Source: Anaerolineae bacterium
GTDB taxonomy: Bacteria > Chloroflexota > Anaerolineae > S140-20
NCBI GenBank assembly: GCA_027021705.1
Contig: JALUTT010000010.1
Span: 8,211-72,210 of the forward strand
Length of the DNA: 64,000 bases
Direction of reading: 5' to 3'
Each line of letters starts with the position of its first letter. Within the stretch, counting starts at the first letter, position 1. Shown piece after piece: positions 51,372 to 60,384 of the stretch. Below the pieces are notes generated by a model that worked only from the letters and a program-made list of their open reading frames with translations, was not told where the DNA came from and did not search any database. The translations under genes were made by a program, and so were the position numbers.

Positions 51372-52829
51372 TCAGCCGGCCTGGTGGGCCGGTTCCCGCC
51401 GGGGCGGACGCGGCGTCGCCGGCGGACCACCCCGGTGGATGCCATCCCGATTTAGCCCCAGCTTGCGCATTATCCGCTCCCAGGTGAACCGCTCCCGCTG
51501 GGCCCGTACCCACCGCTTGAGGGCGTTGATCGGCTTCCGTCGCTGGCTCTCCTGGAGCGCCCACTTGAGGAACTCGTAATCCTGCCCCTTGATCTTCGGC
51601 TCCGTGGGGTTGCGCCGATAGCTGTCGTAGTCGGTGATGCGGCTCAAATCGTGCTCCACCACGTAGTCGTAGAGGTCTGTGCCCGGGTGCGGGGTGTAGA
51701 AGGCGGGGCTGTAGTAGTCGGGGTCAATCTCCTTCATCATCCGCACCGTGTCCATAACCTCTTCTTTCGTCTCCGTGGGGATCCCCAGCATGTAGTTGGC
51801 CCAGATGGTGATCCCCTTCTCCTTGCAGATGCGGGCTGCCTCCAGGTTCTGCTCCACCGTCGTCCCCTTGCGCAATAGGTTGAGGATGCGCTGGTTGCCG
51901 CTCTCGAAGCCGATGAAGTAGCCCTTTAGCCCCGCCTCCACCATCCGGTCCACCATATCCTCGTGGCGGACGATGATGTCGGCCCGGCTCTGGCAGAAGA
52001 AGGGCTGGGTGAACCCTTCCTCCTGGTAGCGGCGGGTGAACTCGATGACCCAGTCCCGGTCCTCGGTCAGGCAGTCATCGTGGAACATGAAGCTGGCGAA
52101 GTGGTAGCGGTCGCGCAGCATCTTCAGTTCCTCGATGACGTTCTCGACGGAGCGGCGGCGGGTGCGCTTGCCGAAGATGTAATCCTCGCCGGGCTTGCAG
52201 AAGGAGCAGTTGTAGTTGCAGCCTCGGCCGGCGATGATGGTCACGAAGGGGGGTGGGAGTTCCTTGACGAAGGGGACCTCCGGCGAATCCAGGTCGTAGC
52301 CGAACTTGCGCCACTCTTCCAGGAAGAGGTCTCGGTCGGCAAAGGGGATGGCATCCAGGTCGGGCGTCTTCCCCCGGATGATCCTCCGGTCGGGGGGACG
52401 GCCCATCTCGATGGCCTTAAGCATCTCCGGGAAGGTGATCTCCGCCTCGTGGGTCACCAGGTAGTCCACGTGGGGGATGCGCATTGAGTCTTCCAGGGCC
52501 AGGGTGACGTGGGGGCCTCCCACGATGGTGATGATGTCAGGGCGGTACTCCTTGACGATTTGGCAGGCGATGCGGACGGGGTTGTAGTCCACGCTCATCA
52601 TCGTCAGGCCGACGACGTCCGGCCGGCGCTCGGCCAGCACATCCCGGAAGTGGTCCCAGCTCTGGAGGGCTCGTAGGTCAATCAGGTCTATCTCGAACCC
52701 TTCGGCCTTGGCCGCCGCGCTGAGGGAGGCCAGGCCGTGGGAGATCCAACCGGCGTCCATCCCCTGTTTCAGGGAGTTGAACCCACGCCCGGCGATGCCG
52801 GGGTAGATGAGGGTCGTCTTGAGGTTCAC
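51372..52829 (-). CDS. B12-binding radical SAM protein
   Basis: 'IVGGPHVT', 'GRGCNYNCSFC' CxxxCxxC, 'GFESG', 'PHPGT'; GTG after ggagga. Confidence 0.92.
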   Translation of the reverse strand: MNLKTTLIYPGIAGRGFNSLKQGMDAGWISHGLASLSAAAKAEGFEIDLIDLRALQSWDHFRDVLAERRPDVVGLTMMSVDYNPVRIACQIVKEYRPDIITIVGGPHVTLALEDSMRIPHVDYLVTHEAEITFPEMLKAIEMGRPPDRRIIRGKTPDLDAIPFADRDLFLEEWRKFGYDLDSPEVPFVKELPPPFVTIIAGRGCNYNCSFCKPGEDYIFGKRTRRRSVENVIEELKMLRDRYHFASFMFHDDCLTEDRDWVIEFTRRYQEEGFTQPFFCQSRADIIVRHEDMVDRMVEAGLKGYFIGFESGNQRILNLLRKGTTVEQNLEAARICKEKGITIWANYMLGIPTETKEEVMDTVRMMKEIDPDYYSPAFYTPHPGTDLYDYVVEHDLSRITDYDSYRRNPTEPKIKGQDYEFLKWALQESQRRKPINALKRWVRAQRERFTWERIMRKLGLNRDGIHRGGPPATPRPPRREPAHQAG

Positions 52830-52904
52830 CGTTCTCCTCCTGAAGGTGTGGGGCTGCTCCAAGGCATTGGAACCGGGATCACGACGAGAGGATGCCGGGG
52901 GAGT

Positions 52905-53543
52905 TCAGGAGAGAGGGGAGGCTGAAGGCGTGATCCGGTAGGTGCAACGGTCGTCCCCCCGTACCACCCAGGTCAGTTGGGTGGGAGAGATGCCCAAGAG
53001 TCGGGTGAGGAGGGCTTCGTCCATCGCGCAGACCTCCGGGTGCTCGCGGGCAACCCGATGGTAGGGGCAGTTGTGGGTGTAGAGGTAGTAGCTCCCGTTG
53101 TCCCCTTCCTCCCAGTGGGCGATGTAGCCCCTGTCTGTGAGGAACTCGGCGACGGCCTTGAGCCGTTCGCTCAGGGGAGCGTCGGGGGAAGGGGCGGGAG
53201 CATCGGCAGCGATGCCGTCGGCCATCCCCTCCATCAGGGCGTGTAGTTCCTCGCTGCTCAGGTGGTCCCGGATCTGGGCGATCATCAGGGAAGCCAGGCG
53301 CTGGTAGTCCTTGGGGAAGTGCTCTGAGGCCGCTTCGGTCAAGGTGTAGACGTACTGGGGACGTCCCGGGGCCCGCCGTCGCCGCACCGTCGGCGCTTCC
53401 ACCAGCCCCCGGCCCTGCAGGATCTCCAGGTGGTGGCGCACCGTGACGGAAGTCAGCCCTAGGGCCTGGCTCAGTTCCTCGACCGTCGCCTCACCTCGCT
53501 CCTTCAAGATCTCCAGGATCCGCTGGCGGGTTGCCTGCATCAC
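52905..53543 (-). CDS. ArsR/SufR-like HTH transcriptional regulator
   Basis: N-terminal HTH 'TVRHHL', 'GRP..VY.LT', C-terminal 'NCPY...HPEVC...C'. Confidence 0.85.
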   Translation of the reverse strand: MMQATRQRILEILKERGEATVEELSQALGLTSVTVRHHLEILQGRGLVEAPTVRRRRAPGRPQYVYTLTEAASEHFPKDYQRLASLMIAQIRDHLSSEELHALMEGMADGIAADAPAPSPDAPLSERLKAVAEFLTDRGYIAHWEEGDNGSYYLYTHNCPYHRVAREHPEVCAMDEALLTRLLGISPTQLTWVVRGDDRCTYRITPSASPLS

Positions 53544-53580
53544 TTCTCACCCTCTGTAGCTCTGCATTTCAGTTCAGCCT

Positions 53581-53677
53581 ACCCTCCCGCAGGTCACCGG
53601 TGGAGGGCGCTTTCAGCCCCGATGGGCTATTGGAAGCACGGTTTCGCGTCGGAAACGCGCCTAACCTGCGGGAGGGT
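53581..53677 (+). repeat. Family A repeat copy in 5' leader of HTH regulator
   Basis: Near-identical copy. Confidence 0.9.
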
Positions 53678-53711
53678 GAACCGTTACGCATTTCACCGGG
53701 TTACACCACAC

Positions 53712-53740
53712 ATTGTAGCATAGGCTGCCCCATTTGTCAA
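53712..53740 (-). promoter_or_regulatory. sigma70-type promoter
   Basis: TTGACA-17bp-TACAAT on minus strand with extended TG. Confidence 0.75.
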
Positions 53741-53770
53741 ATAGTGCTCATCTTAATTTCCTTATCTGCC

Positions 53771-55450
53771 CTACGCCTCCCGCAGCGTCGCCAGGGCCTG
53801 GGGCAGGCGGGGCAGCAGGTCGCCGGCCACCCCCCCGGCCGGCCCGATCTCTTGTCGGACCAGCTCCCCGGCCAACCCGTGCAGGTAGGCCCCCGCCAGG
53901 GCCGCCGCGAAGGGTTCCAGTCCTTGGGCCAGGAGGCCGACGATAGCCCCCGCCAGCACGTCGCCCGTGCCCGCCGTGGCCAGCGCCGGATTGGCGAAGG
54001 GGAGGAGCGCGAGGCGACCGTTGGGATCGGCGATGACGGTGTGGGCTCCCTTGAGGACCAGGACGACCCCCCACGTCTCGGCCATCCGGGCTGCGACGCC
54101 CAGCCGGTCCGCCTGGACCTCGGCCGTCTTCACCCCCATCAGCCGGGCCATCTCCCCCGGGTGGGGCGTCAGGATGGCGGGGCGGGGCAGCCGCTCCCAC
54201 CAGCCCTCCACATCCACCAGGGCGTTCAGCCCGTCGGCGTCAATGACCAGGGGGGGCAGGGGGAAGGGGGGACCGGCGGACCCGCCCTTCTCGGCCTTCT
54301 CGCCGGCCCGGAAGCCGATGGAGCCCCGTTTGGGAGCCGGCTCCACCCCCAGCAGCCGTCGGACGAAGGTGACGGTCGGCTCCTCGTGGGTGAGGCCGGA
54401 GCCGACCAGCAGCGCCCGGTAGTTGCCGATCCAGTCGGCCAGGACGGGGATCGCCTCGGGGCTGATGACGCCCAGGTCGTGGGGCAGTAGGATGTAAGTG
54501 GTCTCGGTGAGGTGGGCGGCGACGGCCGGCTGGATGGGCTGGGGCAGGGCCATAGTCACCAGGCCGGCCCCCACCCGCGTCGCGGCCCCGCCGGCCAGAC
54601 AGGCCGCGCCCACGTAGTTGACCGATCCGGCCACGATGAGGGCCCGCCCAAAGCTCCCCTTGTGGGCGCCGGCGGGACGGGGAGGGAGCAGGTCGGCGAT
54701 CATCGGCCCGGTGGCCACCTCCAAGCCGACCCCCTCGGCCAGGGCCGGGTCGGTGCCGATGTCGGCCACGACCAACTCGCCCAGCGCTCCGGCGGCCGGA
54801 AACAGGAAGTGGCCCCGCTTGGGGTAGGCGAAGGTGACGGTGAGGTGGGCGGGCAGGGCGTTGGGGTCCATCTCGCCCGTGTCGTAGTCCATCCCGCTGG
54901 GGCCGTCCACGGCGACGATGGCAGGGCCTGCCGGGAGGGGGGCGGGATGGGCGAGGGCGGTGAGCCGTCGGGCACGGGCGGTCCGGCGTCGGGCGTCGAG
55001 TTCCTGGCGCACCACCTCGACCACCCCGGCGATGGTGCCCCGCAGCGGGGGGCGGGCGCCGGTGCCCAGGAGGGCGTCCACGATGATCCCGGCCTCCCGC
55101 ACCCACCGGCGGAGCACCTTTCCCCCTTCATCCTCGCCGGCCAGCACGGTGGGGACCTGCCGCTCCCGGACGGCCTGGAGGTTGGCGTCGTCGGCGGGGC
55201 GGGGGCGGGTCAGGTAGCAGCGCACGTCGGCGCCGGCGTCGGCCAGGTGGCGGGCGGCCACCAGCCCATCGCCGCCATTGTTGCCCGGCCCCACCAGCAC
55301 CAGCAGGGTCTGGCCGGCCACCTCCCACCGTTGGCGGATCGCCTCGGCCACGCCCAGGCCGGCCTCTTCCATCATCTTTGCATAGGTGTGCCCTTGGGCG
55401 TCCGAGGCCCGTTCGATGGCACGCATCTCCTCGACGGTCACGACCTTCAT
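53771..55450 (-). CDS. nnr: Bifunctional NAD(P)H-hydrate epimerase/dehydratase
   Basis: 'GPGNNGGDG', 'DALLGTG', 'HKGSFG', 'DADGLN', 'LTPHPGEM', 'ATAGTGDVLAG'. Confidence 0.95.
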   Translation of the reverse strand: MKVVTVEEMRAIERASDAQGHTYAKMMEEAGLGVAEAIRQRWEVAGQTLLVLVGPGNNGGDGLVAARHLADAGADVRCYLTRPRPADDANLQAVRERQVPTVLAGEDEGGKVLRRWVREAGIIVDALLGTGARPPLRGTIAGVVEVVRQELDARRRTARARRLTALAHPAPLPAGPAIVAVDGPSGMDYDTGEMDPNALPAHLTVTFAYPKRGHFLFPAAGALGELVVADIGTDPALAEGVGLEVATGPMIADLLPPRPAGAHKGSFGRALIVAGSVNYVGAACLAGGAATRVGAGLVTMALPQPIQPAVAAHLTETTYILLPHDLGVISPEAIPVLADWIGNYRALLVGSGLTHEEPTVTFVRRLLGVEPAPKRGSIGFRAGEKAEKGGSAGPPFPLPPLVIDADGLNALVDVEGWWERLPRPAILTPHPGEMARLMGVKTAEVQADRLGVAARMAETWGVVLVLKGAHTVIADPNGRLALLPFANPALATAGTGDVLAGAIVGLLAQGLEPFAAALAGAYLHGLAGELVRQEIGPAGGVAGDLLPRLPQALATLREA

Positions 55451-55468
55451 CGCTTCCCACCTCCTTCG

Positions 55469-56305
55469 CTAGGAGTCTGGCGCCTGTTCGGGACGCACGA
55501 CCAGCACCGGACGGCGGGTGTGGAGCAGCACCTGCTCGGTGACGTTAGGCAGGGCGAGGCGTTGCCAGGGGGAGACGGCCCAAGCCGATCCCACCACCAG
55601 CAGGTCCTCATCCTGTTCGTAGGCGACTCGCAACACCTCCCGCTCCGGCAGTCCGTAGGCGAGCTGCAGCTCGACGGGGAGGCCCATCGCTGTGAGGAGG
55701 GCCGCCCCTTCCCGCAGGGCCCGGGCCTCTTCTGTGTCGCTCTCCAGGAAGTCGGCCAGCGACTCGCTCACCTGGGGGAGGCCGGTGTACATCAAGGGTG
55801 GGGGAGGGAGGACGTGGAGCAGCGTGACCTGGCCGCCGAAGGCGCGGGCGATCTCCCCACCCCACCGGACTTCCTCTTCTTGGAAGCCGCGCCCGGAGAT
55901 GCCGATGAGGATTCGGCGCAGTGCCTCCCGGGGTTCTCGGACGATGAGGACCGGGACGGGGACCAGGTGGGCGATGCGCACGGCGACGGAGCCGAAGAGG
56001 ACCTTCTCCAGGAAGCGGCGCTCCCGGTAGCCTACGACGACCAGGGCGTAGGTCTCCTGCTGGAGTTGCCGGCGGAGGGCATCGGGCAGGCTCCCCGGAT
56101 AGGTGTGGAGCTCCGGGGTGATCCCTTGCCTTTGTAGCAGTTCCCTGGCCTGGGCCTCGATCGTGGCCTGGCGGGAGCGGGGTCGGCCTGGCCGCTCGAT
56201 GCACAAGAGGGCGACAGAGGCCCCCATATGGGCAGCCAGGCGGCCTCCCAGCCGCACGGCCGCCATCGCCTGGTTGGAGCCATCGGTGCAGAGGAGGAAC
56301 TTCAT
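55469..56305 (-). CDS. Universal stress protein (tandem USP domains)
   Basis: 'LCTDGS', 'FGSVA.RIA...VPVLIV', 'NVTEQVL....PVLVV'. Confidence 0.88.
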   Translation of the reverse strand: MKFLLCTDGSNQAMAAVRLGGRLAAHMGASVALLCIERPGRPRSRQATIEAQARELLQRQGITPELHTYPGSLPDALRRQLQQETYALVVVGYRERRFLEKVLFGSVAVRIAHLVPVPVLIVREPREALRRILIGISGRGFQEEEVRWGGEIARAFGGQVTLLHVLPPPPLMYTGLPQVSESLADFLESDTEEARALREGAALLTAMGLPVELQLAYGLPEREVLRVAYEQDEDLLVVGSAWAVSPWQRLALPNVTEQVLLHTRRPVLVVRPEQAPDS

Positions 56306-57213
56306 TTGACAAATCCCCCGTGGAAGAGGCGCACCAGCAACAACGCTGCGCCGATAAAGGGCAGGAAGGCGAAGGCGATGCGCAGACGAGGACCGCTGAT
56401 GTAACGGGTGGCGAGGGCTCCCAGGTAGGCTCCGACCGCCGCCCCGACCTGCATCACCAGCGCCATCAGGATGTCCACGTTCCCCTTCAGGGCGTGGGTG
56501 AGGGTGCCGTAACCGGCGGAGAAGACGATCTCGAAGAGGTCGGTGCCCACGGCGACGTGGGTGGGGACGCCCAGAAGGTAGATGAGGGCGGGGACACGGA
56601 TGAACCCGCCGCCCACCCCCAGGAGCCCGGCCAGGAAGCCGGTGACCAACCCCACGGCCAGCACGGCCCACAGGGAGATGGAAGAGATCCCCGAGGCGGG
56701 CAGGCTGACCATCGGAGGGAGGTGCAGCCGTTGGGTGCGTCGGGAGAGGGCGGTGAGGGTCAGCATGTCGCCGGCGTCCATACGTTGGTGGACCTGGAGA
56801 CGGGTGGCCCGGAATCCTTCCAGGAAGACGAGGGTGCCGATGGAGAGGAGCAGGACCAGGTAGATGATGCTGAGCACCAGCTCCAGCGTGCCCGGGGCCT
56901 GGCGTTTCAGGTACTCGATGACCCAGGCTCCTCCCTCGACGCCGACCATCGTGCCGGCTACCATCAGGATGCCCAGCTTCAGGTCCACGTGGCCGAGGCT
57001 CTGGTGGCGGCGGGTGGCGACCAGCGCGTTGCCGGTCATGTGGGCCAGGTCCGTGCCGACGACAAAGTGGCCCGGAATGTTCAGCAGGAGCATCAACGGA
57101 CCGGCCAGGAACCCACCGCCCACGCCAAAGAAGCCTCCCAAGGCACCGACCAAGAAGCCGATGCCGGTCAGCAACAACGGTGAAATGGTGATGTCCGATA
57201 TAGGGAAGTACAT
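56302..57213 (-). CDS. Sulfite exporter TauE/SafE family protein
   Basis: Repeated 'GFFGVGGG' and 'GLLGVGGG' motifs, 'AVGTDLF'. Confidence 0.9.
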   Translation of the reverse strand: MYFPISDITISPLLLTGIGFLVGALGGFFGVGGGFLAGPLMLLLNIPGHFVVGTDLAHMTGNALVATRRHQSLGHVDLKLGILMVAGTMVGVEGGAWVIEYLKRQAPGTLELVLSIIYLVLLLSIGTLVFLEGFRATRLQVHQRMDAGDMLTLTALSRRTQRLHLPPMVSLPASGISSISLWAVLAVGLVTGFLAGLLGVGGGFIRVPALIYLLGVPTHVAVGTDLFEIVFSAGYGTLTHALKGNVDILMALVMQVGAAVGAYLGALATRYISGPRLRIAFAFLPFIGAALLLVRLFHGGFVK

Positions 57214-57235
57214 CAACCTCTCTCCAGAAGCAGGG

Positions 57236-57487
57236 TTACTCCAGGCGGAAGAGCCGGAGTCGTTTGAGCAGGAAGGTGGTCAGCATCTCCAGGGTCGCTC
57301 CCTGGATGGCGATCAGGGCCAGGGCGACCCAGGCGTAAGTGGTGCGGTGATCGCTGTAAAGGCGGGTGAGAGGGGCGCTGAGAAGGCGCAGCACGGTGGC
57401 GATGTAGAGGGCGGTGAGCAGTCCATAGAGAACGAGATGGACTAGGATGATCCGGGTTGCTCGCAACACTCTTTTGTCAATGGGCAT
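57236..57487 (-). CDS. Small membrane protein
   Basis: ATG after ggagga; two TM helices; 'QGATLEMLT'. Confidence 0.7.
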   Translation of the reverse strand: MPIDKRVLRATRIILVHLVLYGLLTALYIATVLRLLSAPLTRLYSDHRTTYAWVALALIAIQGATLEMLTTFLLKRLRLFRLE

Positions 57488-57510
57488 CGCTCTCCTCCAT
57501 ATCCGGGCAT

Positions 57511-58560
57511 TCAGAGTCGGCTCAACCAATCCACGATCCTACCCAATCCCCGGGGACCGTAGCCCTGCTCGGCGTACCAGGCCAGCGTCTGGCGGGCTCC
57601 CTCCTCGAAAGGGGTGGGCCGGAACCCCAGCTCCCGCTTGGCCTTCTCGCTGCTGACGTTCCAGTCGCAGAAGACGTAGGGGGCCAGGTTCAGGGGGTAG
57701 TAGGGTTCCCGGCCCGTGTACTGGGAGAGCCAGGTCCAGGCACGGGCCAGGGTCAACATCAGGCCGGCAGGGACGTTGACGTACCAGTCCCGCCGCCCCA
57801 TCAGCCGGCTGATGATGCCGTTGATCTCCCGATGGGTGAGGCTCTTCCCGGCGACGTTGTAGACCTCCCCCGGACGTCCCTGGGTCAGGGTGGTCTCGAT
57901 GACGCGCACCAGGTCGGGGACGAAGACGGGAAAGGTGAGGTGGCGTCCGTGGTGGATGCGCACGGCCAGCCCCTTCAGCGGGTCCTCGAAGAAGAGCCGG
58001 TTGAAGGCGTAGTGGCCCCAGGGGCCGTAGAAGGCTCCCGGCCGCAGGACAATGACCGGCAGGCCCACGTCCTGGTGGTAGAGCAGGGCCAGCTCCTCGG
58101 CGTCCAGCTTGCTGTGCTGGTAGGCGTCCTGGGGGTGGCAGGGCGTCTCCTCGGTGATCACCGTCCCCGGCTGGGGGCAGCCGACGACGGCGATGGTGGA
58201 GATGTGGATGAAGCGCCGGACGCCGGCCTGGTAGGCGGCCTCGAGCATGTGGGCCGTTCCCTGGACGTTGATGGCGAAGAAGGCCCGGTAGGGCCCCCAG
58301 AAGCGGAAGAGGCCGGCGGCGTGGATGACGGCCTGGCATCCCTCGACGGCGGCCTGGACCGCCTTCCAATCGCGGACGTCCCCCCAGGCCAGTTCGATGC
58401 CCAGCTTCTCCAGGAAGGCGTAGTCGCTGGTGGGGCGGACCAGGGCCCGCAGCCGGTATCCCCGGCGGGCCAGGTAGGGGCTGAGGTTGTGCCCCAGGAA
58501 CCCCGTGGCCCCCGTGATCAGGATACGTCCCTGGAAAGGCGGCGAGGGGTGGTTCGGCAT
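57511..58560 (-). CDS. NAD-dependent epimerase/dehydratase (extended SDR)
   Basis: 'TGATGFLG', 'HAAG', 'YQHSK', 'RPGAFYG'. Confidence 0.92.
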   Translation of the reverse strand: MPNHPSPPFQGRILITGATGFLGHNLSPYLARRGYRLRALVRPTSDYAFLEKLGIELAWGDVRDWKAVQAAVEGCQAVIHAAGLFRFWGPYRAFFAINVQGTAHMLEAAYQAGVRRFIHISTIAVVGCPQPGTVITEETPCHPQDAYQHSKLDAEELALLYHQDVGLPVIVLRPGAFYGPWGHYAFNRLFFEDPLKGLAVRIHHGRHLTFPVFVPDLVRVIETTLTQGRPGEVYNVAGKSLTHREINGIISRLMGRRDWYVNVPAGLMLTLARAWTWLSQYTGREPYYPLNLAPYVFCDWNVSSEKAKRELGFRPTPFEEGARQTLAWYAEQGYGPRGLGRIVDWLSRL

Positions 58561-58617
58561 CGCTGGGCTGGGGGGTGTTGACCGGCGGCCGGGCCGAGGG
58601 CGGGGCGTGCCGGTTCC

Positions 58618-58836
58618 TCAGTCTTGGTGGGGGAAAAGGCGACGCCCCGCGTCGTCGTAGACGGTGAGCGCCTGGGTGGGACATCGCTCCGCCGCCTCGA
58701 GGATCCGCTCCAGGGGATCGCCTTCAGGGTCCAGGACGACGCATTGGTCATCCTCCACGTCAAAGGTGTTGAGCGCCGTGGCGCGACAGACCGCCGATCC
58801 GATGCAGCGATCGTAGTTGACTTCGATCCGGGGCAT
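58618..58836 (-). CDS. Ferredoxin (probably 3Fe-4S)
   Basis: 'CIGSAVC...CP' motif with Ser at the second Cys position. Confidence 0.88.
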   Translation of the reverse strand: MPRIEVNYDRCIGSAVCRATALNTFDVEDDQCVVLDPEGDPLERILEAAERCPTQALTVYDDAGRRLFPHQD

Positions 58837-58878
58837 AGTCTCTCCTCGTCTGTGATGGGCCGGGTATCTATTCAGCCT

Positions 58879-59073
58879 ACCCTCCCGCAGGTCCCCGGTG
58901 GAGGGCGCTTTCAGCCCCGATGGGCTATTTGAAGCGCGGTTTCGCGTCGGAAACGCGCCTAACCTGCGGGAGGGTGGCCCTCCCGCAGGTCCCCGGTGGA
59001 GGGCGCTTTCAGCCCCGATGGGCTATTTGAAGCGCGGTTTCGCGTCGGAAACGCGCCTAACCTGCGGGAGGGT
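58879..59073 (+). repeat. Two tandem copies of family A repeat
   Basis: Copies at 58879-58975 and 58978-59073. Confidence 0.92.
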
Positions 59074-59146
59074 GAACGGTTACTGGGCCGGAAAGATGGG
59101 GGTATTGTAGCACAAGTTGGGGAAGGCAACAAACGGACGGGGGGGA

Positions 59147-59175
59147 TTGTCTCCCGGTTCCAGGTGTGATACAAT
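59147..59175 (+). promoter_or_regulatory. Putative promoter reading into the tandem array and NACHT gene
   Basis: TTGTCT-17bp-TACAAT with extended TGn. Confidence 0.55.
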
Positions 59176-59234
59176 GGACCGGGAGGCCGGCCATCAGACC
59201 GGTACCCCATCGGTCTCCCATCCGCTCAATCGTT

Positions 59235-60364
59235 CTCAACGGATTAGCTGTCAACGGATTCGGGGAGCGGATTGAACGGATTGAAGGAGCGGATTGGAGG
59301 AACGGAGGGCTGTCAACGGATTAGGGGAGCGGATTGAGCGGATGTGGAGGTTGGTGCTCCCAAGCAGGCTTATCCGGCCTTTCGCACGCTTTGTGCCCTT
59401 TGCGCTCTTGGTGTTCTTCGTGTTTCTCGTCGTGGCCGGAGCGGATGAGCTGTCAACGGATTAGGGGAGCGGATTGAGCGGATGTGGGGGTTGGTGCTCC
59501 CAAGCGGGCTTGTCCGGCCTTTCGCACGCTTTGTGCCCTTTGCGCTCTTGGTGCTCTTCGTGTCTCTCGCCGTGGCCGGAGCGGATGAGCTGTCAACGGA
59601 TTAGGGGAGCGGATAGAACGGATTGAAGGAGCGGATTGGAGGAACGGAGGGCTGTCAATGGATTGGGGGAGCGGATTGAGCGGATGTGGAGGTTGGTGCT
59701 CCCAAGCGGGCTTGTCCGGCCTTTCGCACGCTTTGTGCCCTTTGCGCTCTTGGTGCTCCTCGTGTCTCTCGCCGTGGCCGGAGCGGATGAGCTGTCAACG
59801 GATTGGCTGTCAACGGATTAGGGGAACGGATTGAACGGATTGAAGGAGCGGATTGGGGGAACGGAGGGCTGTCAACGGATTGGGGGAGCGGATTGAGCGG
59901 ATGTGGGGGTTGGTGCTCCCAAGCGGGCTTGTCCGGCCTTTCGCACGCTTTGTGCCCTTTGCGCTCTTGGTGCTCCTCGTGTCTCTCGCCGTGGCCGGAG
60001 CGGATGAACTGTCAACGGATTGGGGGAGCGGATTGAACGGATTGAAGGAGCGGATTGGAGGAACGGAGGGCTGTCAACGGATTAGGGGAGCGGATTGAGC
60101 GGATGTGGAGGTTGGTGCTCCCAAGCGGGCTTGTCCGGCCTTTCGCACGCTTTGTGCCCTTTGCGCTCTTGGTGCTCTTCGTGTCTCTCGCCGTGGCCGG
60201 AGCGGATGAACTGTCAACGGATTGGCTGTCAACGGATTCGGGGAGCGGATTGAACGGATTGAAGGAGCGGATTGGAGGAACGGAGGGCTGTCAATGGATT
60301 GGGGGAGCGGATTGAGCGGATGTGGAGGTTGGTGCTCCCAAGCGGGCTTATCCGGCTTTTCGCA
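59235..60364 (+). repeat. Modular tandem array (62-, 140- and 15-bp modules, each starting CTGTCAACGGATT)
   Basis: Order A B B A B C A B A B C A B'; 13 copies of the 13-mer head, two with one mismatch. Confidence 0.95.
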
Positions 60365-60384
60365 TTATCCGTTGGAGCAGCACG

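Noticed and set aside
59235..60364. CRISPR array
   Set aside because: Intervening sequences are repeated modules rather than unique spacers, the period is irregular (15/62/140 bp) and no cas operon is adjacent
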